DNA of 64,000 nucleotides, taken from IMG/VR virus record IMGVR_UViG_3300034092_002689. One strand, given 5' to 3'. Shown piece by piece: positions 56,525 to 64,000 of this stretch (its first letter is position 1; every line of letters begins with the position of its first letter). The notes below the pieces were generated by a model. It worked only from the letters and a program-made list of their open reading frames with translations. It had not been told where the DNA came from and searched no databases. The stretch is from an uncultured virus (IMG/VR IMGVR_UViG_3300034092_002689) (taxonomy: Duplodnaviria; Heunggongvirae; Uroviricota; Caudoviricetes). The position numbers were made by a program, and so were the translations under genes.

Positions 56525-56539
56525 TGGGATAAAAATAAA

Positions 56540-56683
56540 ATGATGATATTAGTGTTATGCATTCTTTTGTTGTTACTGCTGGTTAGTGGTGCCTCAGAGA
56601 TTTTGTTTCTTGTATCGAGTCTCTTGTGTATTCTTATACCGATAGCATTTTATGCTTTTCTTCTTTTCTACGGAAGAGTATAA
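56540..56683 (+). CDS. Very hydrophobic small membrane protein (47 aa), not in ORF track
   Basis: Hand translation MMILVLCILLLLLLVSGASEILFLVSSLLCILIPIAFYAFLLFYGRV. Confidence 0.55.
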   Translation: MMILVLCILLLLLLVSGASEILFLVSSLLCILIPIAFYAFLLFYGRV

Positions 56684-56813
56684 TAAGATTAGGGCGAGGC
56701 ATTATCTTTCTACTTTTCTCAGATGTCTCGTCTTAAATACTTCGGGGGATGCGGTAATACCAATTCTTCATAAGCAACCGTATCCTCCGAATGTATTAAA
56801 AAGGGGAAACATC

Positions 56814-57086
56814 ATGGAACGGGAAACATTCAGAAGAAATGTAAAGCATTCACCACTCTGCACTTGGGATGGTAAATCTCGAATACTGACAATGCATGTG
56901 GGAAGATGTAGAGCGTGTGACGACATCAAAGAAATACGCACGATAGGAAAATCCAAAGGCATCTACGGAATTGATAGAAAAGAAATGAACAAATTTTGTT
57001 TAAGCTTTATCGAGTGGGCTATTTGTACAAAGCATACGAACCCATCTTGTGCGTGCGGAAAACCCGTACTGCAAAGAAGCTTATGA
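56814..57086 (+). CDS. Cys-rich hypothetical protein (90 aa)
   Basis: AGGGG RBS before MERETF; the upstream part of the track ORF is hairpin DNA. Confidence 0.6.
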   Translation: MERETFRRNVKHSPLCTWDGKSRILTMHVGRCRACDDIKEIRTIGKSKGIYGIDRKEMNKFCLSFIEWAICTKHTNPSCACGKPVLQRSL

Positions 57087-57289
57087 GAAAGATACAATGG
57101 GTAGTGCTCGACAAGACAGGTAATGTATTGGGCATTTTCTCCACTAGAAAAAAAGCCTTTCAGTTCTTTGATGAAAGCGAAATTAACATTACCAAATTAA
57201 TATGGAATGGTTTTTATCATTCCGAAAAAGCTTTAGAATATGATCCATATGCAGAAGGTAAATTAAATATCTACGATCCAATGTTTTAA
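57083..57289 (+). CDS. Hypothetical protein (68 aa)
   Basis: ATGA-coupled start MRKIQWVV. Confidence 0.55.
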   Translation: MRKIQWVVLDKTGNVLGIFSTRKKAFQFFDESEINITKLIWNGFYHSEKALEYDPYAEGKLNIYDPMF

Positions 57290-57321
57290 CTCACCTCATA
57301 GACCATCAAAATGCATTCTCT

Positions 57322-57397
57322 GCGCCATTAGTTCATCGGTTAGAATGCGGGTCTTATAAACCTGAGGCGCATGGTTCAATTCCATGATGGCGCACCA
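57322..57397 (+). tRNA. tRNA-Ile(UAU)
   Basis: GCGCCAT/ATGGCGC acceptor stem, A discriminator plus CCA; anticodon arm CGGGT-CTTATAA-ACCTG; T loop GGTTCAATTCC. Confidence 0.88.
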
Positions 57398-57415
57398 TTA
57401 ATAAGGAGAAGTAAA

Positions 57416-57652
57416 ATGAAAACAGAATATCTTTGTATGAACATTAAAGGTGTGCCACCACTCAAGCGCATTGGTCACAATACCAGAAAAGGTAAACCTA
57501 AAAATCATGTGTACAAATCTATCATCAATGATAATGTATACTACATTGTGAGATTGAATAGATCTAATAAACAACTCACGAAGTATTTTAAGACCAGAAA
57601 AGAAGCTAAAGAATTCGTTCAGCTTTTGGCTTCAAAAAGAGTATGGGACTAA
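57416..57652 (+). CDS. AP2-like DNA-binding protein (78 aa)
   Basis: AAGGAG RBS; YYIVRL...TKYFKTRKEA. Confidence 0.55.
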   Translation: MKTEYLCMNIKGVPPLKRIGHNTRKGKPKNHVYKSIINDNVYYIVRLNRSNKQLTKYFKTRKEAKEFVQLLASKRVWD

Positions 57653-57675
57653 GGGGATAAGATAAGGGGTGGGGG

Positions 57676-57942
57676 TTGCAGTTTAAGGGGAAAAAGTTAA
57701 TACGATTTAAGGACAATACTTTTTGCTGGAATGATAACGGATGTTTTTCCGATATTGTTTCTTTACCAAAAGCCATAGCACAAGGTACTTGGCATCTAAA
57801 AATTGATCGTAAAGAAATTGATAAAGCTTTGAGTTTTTTGGGTGAAAGTAAAACTCATCATTCCGTTGCTTTATTTTCTTCTTTAGGTCATTTCTTGTAT
57901 GCTGATCAAATTGATATGGAAGAGGAAGAGTGTGGAAAATAA
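57676..57942 (+). CDS. Hypothetical protein (88 aa)
   Basis: TTG start after a G-rich RBS. Confidence 0.55.
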   Translation: MQFKGKKLIRFKDNTFCWNDNGCFSDIVSLPKAIAQGTWHLKIDRKEIDKALSFLGESKTHHSVALFSSLGHFLYADQIDMEEEECGK

Positions 57943-58231
57943 AATTGGTAGATATGTTGGCATAGTAAAAAGATGGGATCACGAAAGATGTTTTGGTTTC
58001 ATAGCCATGCTTTCAAAGGATCGTCATCTTACAAAAGAACAACTCGTTTTCATTCATAGCGACGAGATAAAAGAAGAATATAAAAATCTTTTTGAAGAAC
58101 AAGTAGTAGAATTTGATTTGTACCAAAACAATATCAACGATAAGAAAACCGCATTTAAAGCTAAGGAAATGAGGCAAATTCGATCGGGGTACAAATTATT
58201 TTCCAGCGTAAGTCGAGGGTCGGAATTTTAA
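57932..58231 (+). CDS. Cold-shock domain protein (~99 aa)
   Basis: GIVKRWDHERCFGFI (RNP1), VFIHSDEI (RNP2), L.E.Q.VEF; GTG start after GAGGA. Confidence 0.8.
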   Translation: MENKIGRYVGIVKRWDHERCFGFIAMLSKDRHLTKEQLVFIHSDEIKEEYKNLFEEQVVEFDLYQNNINDKKTAFKAKEMRQIRSGYKLFSSVSRGSEF

Positions 58232-58242
58232 AATAAAGTTTT

Positions 58243-58329
58243 GTCGGGATGGTGGAATTGGTAGACACAAGGGACTTAAAATCCCTCGGAGTAACATCCA
58301 TGCGAGTTCGAGTCTCGCTCTCGGCACCA
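58243..58329 (+). tRNA. tRNA-Leu(UAA)
   Basis: Anticodon arm AGGGA-CTTAAAA-TCCCT; long variable arm; CCA end. Confidence 0.93.
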
Positions 58330-58333
58330 TGTT

Positions 58334-58408
58334 TGGCGAGTAGCTCAGTGGTAGAGCAATCGGCTGTTAACCGATCGGTCGTAGGTTCGATCCCTACCTT
58401 GCCAGCCA
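58334..58408 (+). tRNA. tRNA-Asn(GUU)
   Basis: Anticodon arm ATCGG-CTGTTAA-CCGAT; G discriminator; CCA end. Confidence 0.93.
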
Positions 58409-58513
58409 CTTATACGGCATCCAAATAAGTCCGTACAGCCCTTGGGTGGCGGTGCTGAGAGAGGTGAAAATCCTCAGCCACCCTGTTTTAAAAGTTTGAG
58501 AGGTAATATATTT

Positions 58514-58729
58514 ATGAAAGCCATATTAGAATTTAACTTACCTGATGATGAAGATATGTTTCGTTTGGCAAATAATGGAGCCTCCGCTCATTTCGCTTTA
58601 GCTGAGATAAAAGAATACTTGAGACAAAAGATTAAGTATTCCGAACTTACTGAAGAGCAATACAACATCTACGAAGATTTGAGAGATGCTGTTTGTAAAA
58701 TTATTGAAGACAATGAATTGAGTATATAG
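58514..58729 (+). CDS. Conserved phage hypothetical protein (71 aa)
   Basis: MKAILEFNLPDD motif; GAGGT RBS. Confidence 0.75.
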   Translation: MKAILEFNLPDDEDMFRLANNGASAHFALAEIKEYLRQKIKYSELTEEQYNIYEDLRDAVCKIIEDNELSI

Positions 58730-58732
58730 TAA

Positions 58733-58980
58733 GATTGATTATTATACGCATTAGCGTATTACGGCGAACTATCAATGGATCGTGAAAAACGCATTCGTGC
58801 GACAGAGGCTCGGGGATAACACTGAGAGGTGAACGAGCACTACGATACCGAAATCCAGAAGGTCGTAGCGACAGGCCAAAGATAGATACGGCATCAAAAG
58901 ATGCTAGCAAGAGCATTAGAGCAGATTGGTTGCTCGGCTCATTGTGTGGAAACTGACAAGTACACACTCTGATTGATCAC
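58733..58980 (+). ncRNA. Candidate multi-stem ncRNA downstream of the tRNA cluster
   Basis: No convincing ORF; at least five hairpins (see findings). Confidence 0.5.
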
Positions 58981-59111
58981 CTTGTAAGGTCATATTTTTT
59001 TTTGACTTTTTCCTTACAGAGTAGGCCAATCCCTTGCCTCGTATATTGACCATCTTATTCTATTGATATAATTTTGTACTACTGCTATAATTAAATGGGG
59101 AGAATGGAATA

Positions 59112-59348
59112 GTGGAAATCGATAGATTCATTAAACACAAAGTATTTAAACATAAAAACAATGTAGATGTTGCGTTTTTAATTACTGACATAAATGAAGA
59201 ATTTCATAATGAAATACATTTACGAGGTTATTGGATGCGCATTACTTCAATGAATAATTTATCGTTACTATGCCATGATGTAATTACAGTAAATGTAAAC
59301 GATATTTCTAATTGGTCGTTATTTAATGGTGAGGAAGCATATGAGTAA
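59112..59348 (+). CDS. Hypothetical protein (78 aa)
   Basis: GGGGAG RBS; TTGATA...TATAAT promoter upstream. Confidence 0.6.
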   Translation: MEIDRFIKHKVFKHKNNVDVAFLITDINEEFHNEIHLRGYWMRITSMNNLSLLCHDVITVNVNDISNWSLFNGEEAYE

Positions 59349-59541
59349 GCTTGAAGCAGTAATTGGGATACAAGGTAGTGACGAATACAACGAAGGATTT
59401 AATGCTGGAGTTAGTTTCGTTAAAACAGTAATTGAATCAAAAGAATTCGAAGATAAATTATTTAAAGCTATAATTAAAGCTAATACTAATAATGACATTA
59501 ACATTAGAATAATTGATACATTAAAGGAATTTAATTTATGA
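59341..59541 (+). CDS. Hypothetical protein (66 aa)
   Basis: GAGGA RBS before MSKLEAV. Confidence 0.6.
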   Translation: MSKLEAVIGIQGSDEYNEGFNAGVSFVKTVIESKEFEDKLFKAIIKANTNNDINIRIIDTLKEFNL

Positions 59542-59777
59542 GCGATTATAATGAATATGCGCAATACTACAAAATTGCTTGGGAGAAATCCCTTAATGAT
59601 AAAAAAGCTGAAGCCGAAGAAGTCGGATTCAATAAGGTGTTAGAAGTATTTAAGCGTAATGGATTATTCGACAACGACGAATCTGTACCCTCTTACATGG
59701 CTTACGCCAATTCAGATGAAGGACTATATCATTGGTTATTGAGTAACAGAGAACGCATTTTAAAGGGAACCAAATAG
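59538..59777 (+). CDS. Hypothetical protein (79 aa)
   Basis: ATGA coupling. Confidence 0.65.
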   Translation: MSDYNEYAQYYKIAWEKSLNDKKAEAEEVGFNKVLEVFKRNGLFDNDESVPSYMAYANSDEGLYHWLLSNRERILKGTK

Positions 59778-59778
59778 T

Positions 59779-60036
59779 ATGCGTGAAAAAATCTTACAAG
59801 ATCATCCGGAGAATAATCAGATGGTTTTTCTTGAAGGGTTTGATGATGCAATAATTGGAACTGCCTTATCTCAAGGCAACACTGTAGTTTGTTATTCTAT
59901 TTCTCGAATGATTGATAATCTAAAACAAAATCATGAGATGGAATATACAGAAGCTTTAGAATGGCTGGATTTTAATACTTTGTACGCATATTTTGGAGAA
60001 CATACTCCCGTTTATGTCGAAGACCATGGAGTTTAA
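59779..60036 (+). CDS. Conserved phage hypothetical protein (85 aa)
   Basis: GFDDAIIG...EALEWLDFN...YFGEHTPV motif. Confidence 0.75.
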   Translation: MREKILQDHPENNQMVFLEGFDDAIIGTALSQGNTVVCYSISRMIDNLKQNHEMEYTEALEWLDFNTLYAYFGEHTPVYVEDHGV

Positions 60037-60301
60037 TGTGAAAATTTATTTTGGTATTTCATTTGCTGCTATCGTTATCCTTACTTATTCTTTCCTCGTT
60101 AAAAGAAAAGATCCTTTGTTTGGACAACCAAAACCTACTTACACTGTTTACAGAGCAACAATAAATAACAAATTGGTTACTTGTAATTTTGTCGAGCATT
60201 CAAAGCTTGGATACAATTTAAAAGACTGCGATAATGATAGTAGATACTTCAATGTTACAAACATCGAAATGTCAGTAGGTGAAAGCAATGGAAGATACTG
60301 A
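60026..60301 (+). CDS. Membrane-anchored hypothetical protein (~91 aa)
   Basis: N-terminal TM helix; start uncertain. Confidence 0.55.
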   Translation: MEFNVKIYFGISFAAIVILTYSFLVKRKDPLFGQPKPTYTVYRATINNKLVTCNFVEHSKLGYNLKDCDNDSRYFNVTNIEMSVGESNGRY

Positions 60302-60467
60302 GAAGCAAAAAACATTTATTGATCCGCCGAGTGGATGGCTTTATGGATTTCCTAAAGAATTGCCTGATGACATTAAAGATGTTAGGCAATGGTTAATTGA
60401 TAACGGATATCCTGAAAATCTCGTGGACTTTGGAATGCAACACTTAAAATTTTGGGTACAGCAATAA
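60288..60467 (+). CDS. Conserved phage hypothetical protein (59 aa)
   Basis: IDPPSGWLYGFPK...WLIDNGYP motif. Confidence 0.7.
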   Translation: MEDTEKQKTFIDPPSGWLYGFPKELPDDIKDVRQWLIDNGYPENLVDFGMQHLKFWVQQ

Positions 60468-60661
60468 TGTCACACACTAAATGTCCGGAGTGTAATTTGA
60501 TATTTACCCCAAAAAACCATGAGGATGAAATTAAAACCCTCCGAGCCGAAAACGCCCGCTTTCGTGATGCGCTCGAGGACATTGTCCACTGCATCTATTC
60601 GAATGAGGCTACGCTCAATTATTGCGAGAAGAAGGCCCGTGAAGCGTTGAAGGGTGAATAA
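60467..60661 (+). CDS. Hypothetical protein (64 aa)
   Basis: TAATG coupling; CPEC...LRAENARFRDAL...AREAL. Confidence 0.6.
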   Translation: MSHTKCPECNLIFTPKNHEDEIKTLRAENARFRDALEDIVHCIYSNEATLNYCEKKAREALKGE

Positions 60662-61200
60662 TGCTACATTCAACAGTAAACATTCCGCTCACTAAGGTAC
60701 TGGTCAAGAATTCGTATCTTGGTATTGGGGAAGGTTATACTTTTGGATATTGGTATGGAATTACCTCTATACCCGCTAGACAATTTCTTTGTCATGTAAT
60801 GCTTTTTAACGGTACGAATTGGTACGGTCTTCCTCTGTCTGCGCTCAGTATAAAAGAACCCACACAAGAGCTTACTCTTAGTCAGACACAAGCATACGAT
60901 TGCTTCAGCTATGATATAAACTGTACTCGCTTTGATTTCCTGCGAGATCAAAGGGTAAGTACAAGAGTGGGCGATGGATTGTATATGTTTACCATTATCT
61001 CTCATGATCCAAATGGCTCCGCACCATTTGCCGAATTTCCAGAACAAACTAAAACCTTTCTCTTTATTGCACTAGAATCAGGTAACATTATTGCCTATCC
61101 AAATAATTATGTTCATTGGACGGTAGATTCATTATACGAGAAACCAAATGATTATCCTAAGTACAAGCGTATTTCGGAAACCTATAGGAGTGAGACATGA
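60661..61200 (+). CDS. Conserved phage hypothetical protein (179 aa)
   Basis: GITSIP...LPLSAL...YDCFSY...GNIIAYPNN. Confidence 0.75.
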   Translation: MLHSTVNIPLTKVLVKNSYLGIGEGYTFGYWYGITSIPARQFLCHVMLFNGTNWYGLPLSALSIKEPTQELTLSQTQAYDCFSYDINCTRFDFLRDQRVSTRVGDGLYMFTIISHDPNGSAPFAEFPEQTKTFLFIALESGNIIAYPNNYVHWTVDSLYEKPNDYPKYKRISETYRSET

Positions 61201-61427
61201 AGTTTGATTGCATAAAGAAACTTGCTGATAAACAATATGATGCTGCAGATTGGAATAATGTGTTTAGTGATTGGGCAAAAGAGTCCAATGATTATTTAAA
61301 GATAGATTATGAATGGTTCCATTCGTGCTTAACCGAGGCATACAAGTTCGGATTTGAAGACGGATACCTTACCGCTAAGGATTGCCCTCAAGATGAATTT
61401 GGTAACTTTATTGAGGATGAAGAATGA
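61197..61427 (+). CDS. Hypothetical protein (76 aa)
   Basis: ATGA coupling; AGGAG RBS. Confidence 0.65.
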   Translation: MKFDCIKKLADKQYDAADWNNVFSDWAKESNDYLKIDYEWFHSCLTEAYKFGFEDGYLTAKDCPQDEFGNFIEDEE

Positions 61428-61726
61428 AAATACATAAGTGGAAAAAGACCTTTAGTGATCCCATTAAATTGCTCCGAGGAGTAGGTGCTGTAGCGGATAG
61501 GCAATCTTTTCCTGATTGTGTCTATGTTTCACCCAAGAGATATAAAGAAATTAAAAAAATCGTTTACAACGAATGCAAAAAAGAAAACCCTTCTGCAACA
61601 AAAGCTAAAATAATGTATTCTGCGGAATTGTTTTTATTGAATTATGGACCATGTGAATTACATGGATTACCTGATCAATTAGTTTTGGTGAATGTTAAAG
61701 GCATTCAAGACAACATCAATAGATAG
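61424..61726 (+). CDS. Hypothetical protein (100 aa)
   Basis: ATGA coupling. Confidence 0.65.
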   Translation: MKIHKWKKTFSDPIKLLRGVGAVADRQSFPDCVYVSPKRYKEIKKIVYNECKKENPSATKAKIMYSAELFLLNYGPCELHGLPDQLVLVNVKGIQDNINR

Positions 61727-61781
61727 TTTATAGTTTGACAATTGATATAAACCAAAATAATATATGATTAACGGAGGGGAT

Positions 61782-61985
61782 ATGAATAAGAAAACAGCTA
61801 AACCTACCTGTGTATTTCCGATTAAGAAAGACGGTAAGATCTACCGTTACATGGTGCGTACCATTATTAACCGTGAATCATTTTATATCGGTTGCTTTAA
61901 AACTGAACAATTAGCGACCGAAGCATATCAACGCTTCACTGAAACAAAAGCGTATAAAGATGCTGTGGCAAGGGGAAGATATTAA
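61782..61985 (+). CDS. AP2-like DNA-binding protein (67 aa)
   Basis: RYMVR...FYIGCFKTEQLATEAY; GGAGGGG RBS; TTGACA promoter at 61735. Confidence 0.6.
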   Translation: MNKKTAKPTCVFPIKKDGKIYRYMVRTIINRESFYIGCFKTEQLATEAYQRFTETKAYKDAVARGRY

Positions 61986-62224
61986 TGAAGATACTATTGC
62001 CCCTGCTTGTTCTCTTCGGTTGTGGGGGAACAGTAGGAGATACATCATTTAAATATCAGGTGGGTGATTTAGTGCATGTCCGTGTCGATCAACATAAAGA
62101 TTGTCGTGGATATGTAACTGCATATTTCACTACCGGCGTTAATCATTACAAAATAACCGGTATAATTTGTAATGGTAAAAAGTTTTATGATTTGTGGGTG
62201 CCAGAGCATGACATCTCAAGATAA
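61985..62224 (+). CDS. Putative lipoprotein (79 aa)
   Basis: MKILLPLLVLFGC lipobox-like; KYQVGDLV SH3-like. Confidence 0.6.
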   Translation: MKILLPLLVLFGCGGTVGDTSFKYQVGDLVHVRVDQHKDCRGYVTAYFTTGVNHYKITGIICNGKKFYDLWVPEHDISR

Positions 62225-62426
62225 ATATGACAAGTGCCTATCTTTGTTAGCGGAAATGCATGATATCATTCATATCATCATTGAGACCGGAGTAGATGAT
62301 GGCTTAACCGCCATGCAACTCATAGAAGAATCAATAACGCTGATAAAGACAATGGAGAATGAAAATGTGGCGTACTATCCGCCACTGACTGACAAAGAGA
62401 AAAAAGACAAAAAGATAGTACATTAA
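62208..62426 (+). CDS. Hypothetical protein (72 aa)
   Basis: Overlapping ATG start MTSQDK. Confidence 0.55.
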   Translation: MTSQDKYDKCLSLLAEMHDIIHIIIETGVDDGLTAMQLIEESITLIKTMENENVAYYPPLTDKEKKDKKIVH

Positions 62427-62448
62427 TTGTTAAATACGGGGGATACAA

Positions 62449-62721
62449 ATGACACGCATCAGATACAAAAAAGACGGCACAAAGTTAATTTCAGTAAAAC
62501 CTATCATCTGCAATAATACTGCAGCCAACATCATCATTCATTTAGATAAGATGAAATACCAAATCATTAATTTAGTTAATGAGCAAGTCATTGCTGAAGG
62601 TACCGCTCAGAGTCCTTACTTGTTGAAGCGTGACGCTAAGAATCTAGCCAAAACACTTGGTGCAAATTTCCTTGATGAAATCAGAAAGCCGGAAAGAAAG
62701 TTTGTCCTGAGTGAAGCATGA
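62449..62721 (+). CDS. Hypothetical protein (90 aa)
   Basis: GGGGGA RBS. Confidence 0.7.
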   Translation: MTRIRYKKDGTKLISVKPIICNNTAANIIIHLDKMKYQIINLVNEQVIAEGTAQSPYLLKRDAKNLAKTLGANFLDEIRKPERKFVLSEA

Positions 62722-62971
62722 CATTCGGGAATGGATAATTGTTAATATCGACCATCTAAAAGATTTGATAGAACCTCTTAAAAAGAGAAAATTATCAGAG
62801 TTTTCCTGTAACGATGTTGTTTTCCATGACGATATTGAAAAGGAATATAGATCATTAGCTCGGGCGATAATCTGTATCGAGATATCAAAGTCTCTTGCTT
62901 GCAGTACAGAGAGTATTTACGATAGTATTGAGGATACTGAGTGGGAGGAATTGTGGACAAAGATATTTTAA
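62711..62971 (+). CDS. Hypothetical protein (86 aa)
   Basis: Overlap coupling. Confidence 0.55.
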   Translation: MKHDIREWIIVNIDHLKDLIEPLKKRKLSEFSCNDVVFHDDIEKEYRSLARAIICIEISKSLACSTESIYDSIEDTEWEELWTKIF

Positions 62972-63207
62972 TCGCTCGAGTTAATGCTCATGTTGATTAT
63001 CTTTACCCAAGAATTGTGGATGAAGAGAAACGATCTGACTTCTACCGAACAATACAGAATTTAATTAATGATGAAATTCCACTACCTACAAGTAAAACTG
63101 GTGGTGTAGAAATGGCGATTGACATCTTTTTAGAGATTTTGCACTATCATAAAAGAAGGTTTGTAGATGGAAGACATCGAGCAAACTTTTATTTAGAGAA
63201 AATCTAA
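62953..63207 (+). CDS. Hypothetical protein (~84 aa)
   Basis: GGAGG RBS before GTG. Confidence 0.55.
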   Translation: MDKDILIARVNAHVDYLYPRIVDEEKRSDFYRTIQNLINDEIPLPTSKTGGVEMAIDIFLEILHYHKRRFVDGRHRANFYLEKI

Positions 63208-63223
63208 GTAAGAAAGGGGAGTT

Positions 63224-63493
63224 ATGGGGATCAGAACAAACCTGCTTGTCAGCCTCGACGAGGACACGGTTAGCGGGGACACATCCGTTATAAATTTTAA
63301 AACAACAGATGCAGGAAACATTATTGTTGAATGCTCTGTACCCAAAGTCGCCATCAAACTAAATGATTTGGAAGAAGCGATAAAAGAATTGCGTAGTTTT
63401 TTTATCACACAAAAGCATATTGATGTTGTGGTCAATAGCTCACAAGTGGTTGATAACGCTCAACTTAATTTCGAATATGGGGCAGTAGAATAA
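63224..63493 (+). CDS. Hypothetical protein (89 aa)
   Basis: GGGGGAG RBS. Confidence 0.65.
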   Translation: MGIRTNLLVSLDEDTVSGDTSVINFKTTDAGNIIVECSVPKVAIKLNDLEEAIKELRSFFITQKHIDVVVNSSQVVDNAQLNFEYGAVE

Positions 63494-63512
63494 ATATTGA
63501 AACTCACCTTTA

Positions 63513-63523
63513 TCTTAACAACT
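63513..63523 (+). promoter_or_regulatory. Promoter motif variant TCTTAACAACT
   Basis: 20 nt upstream of the RNR start, on the same strand as the gene. Confidence 0.6.
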
Positions 63524-63543
63524 TATGCTACTGAGGGGACAAC

Positions 63544-64000
63544 ATGAATAAGATAGAAACTCCGTGGGGAGAAACCGGTTACATTACATATAAGCGCACT
63601 TATGCTCGTCGCTTAAAAGATATCGGTGAAGAAACAGAAGAATTTAAAGACACCGTAGAGCGAGTTATTCGTGCTTGTGATAAACAACTTAAAGTAGGCT
63701 TTAGCTCGGAGGAAGAGAATAGGCTGAGAGAAATCCTCCTGTCTTTGAAGGGGATTGTTGCAGGAAGATTCTTGTGGCAATTGGGGACAAAGACTGTGGA
63801 CTCTCTCGGCCTTGCATCTTTGCAAAACTGTGCTGTAACGCTTGTAAACGAGCCTGTACGCCCTTTTACTTGGGCAATGGATATGCTTATGCTTGGCTCC
63901 GGCGTAGGCTACAATATCCAGCGTGAGTATGTCTATGAACTCCCTAAAGCTAAAAGGGTTAAGATCATTAGGCAGGACACCAAGGATGCCGATTTCATTG
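63544..64000 (+). CDS. nrdJ: Class II (adenosylcobalamin-dependent) ribonucleotide reductase, 5' part; runs off the window
   Basis: Hand translation MNKIETPWGETGYITYKRTYARRL...TVERVI...AGRFLWQLGT...LQNCA...FTWAMDMLMLGSGVGYNIQ. Confidence 0.85.
   Translation, partial: MNKIETPWGETGYITYKRTYARRLKDIGEETEEFKDTVERVIRACDKQLKVGFSSEEENRLREILLSLKGIVAGRFLWQLGTKTVDSLGLASLQNCAVTLVNEPVRPFTWAMDMLMLGSGVGYNIQREYVYELPKAKRVKIIRQDTKDADFI

Noticed and set aside
56652..56813. N-terminal extension of the 144-aa ORF
   Set aside because: Overlaps a small upstream ORF and two hairpins; a good RBS precedes ATG 56814
58161..58409. 82-aa minus-strand ORF
   Set aside because: It is the antisense of tRNA-Leu and tRNA-Asn
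58443..58484. TPP riboswitch suggested by GGG...GCTGAGAG...ACCC
   Set aside because: The 3' half (CCTGAT...TAAT...GCGTAGG) is absent
63613..63825. 70-aa minus-strand ORF
   Set aside because: Antisense to nrdJ, which the track missed because it runs off the window
1..64000. Alternative genetic code or stop-codon reassignment
   Set aside because: Long genes are intact in the standard code, all three stop codons end genes, and there is no suppressor tRNA

Overview
A 64-kb segment of a large, AT-rich, probably lytic tailed dsDNA phage. No integrase, repressor or tape-measure gene is seen, and the layout is podovirus-like. Positions ~640-47,830 (mostly minus strand) form the late/virion arm: TerL, portal, scaffold, major capsid, two paralogous fibre proteins in the head region, many tail-fibre/receptor-binding genes, adaptor, a 1580-aa nozzle, four internal/ejection proteins (one with a lytic transglycosylase domain), an M15 endolysin, a Dps-like ferritin and a secreted HEXXH metalloprotease of a type I recall from Bdellovibrionota (host hint, inference). 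Positions ~48,000-64,000 (plus strand) form the early/middle arm: small ORFs behind strong sigma70 promoters, GP88, DUF4240-like, DUF932 and cold-shock proteins, three tRNAs (including a rare Ile-UAU) and the start of a class II ribonucleotide reductase. Unannotated structure found by reading the sequence: (1) a 15-copy intergenic promoter motif TT(T)AACAACT, always oriented with the downstream gene, three copies placed exactly 6 nt before a start codon; (2) a shared basic amphipathic peptide (RFxK[IL]KxK[LV]xK-like) on six otherwise unrelated late proteins, a candidate capsid-cargo targeting signal; (3) a four-unit terminator/hairpin/double-promoter cassette array in the early region; (4) several candidate structured RNAs, including two kissing-loop leaders and two 250-300 nt multi-stem ncRNAs. 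All family assignments come from motif recognition by eye; no searches were run.
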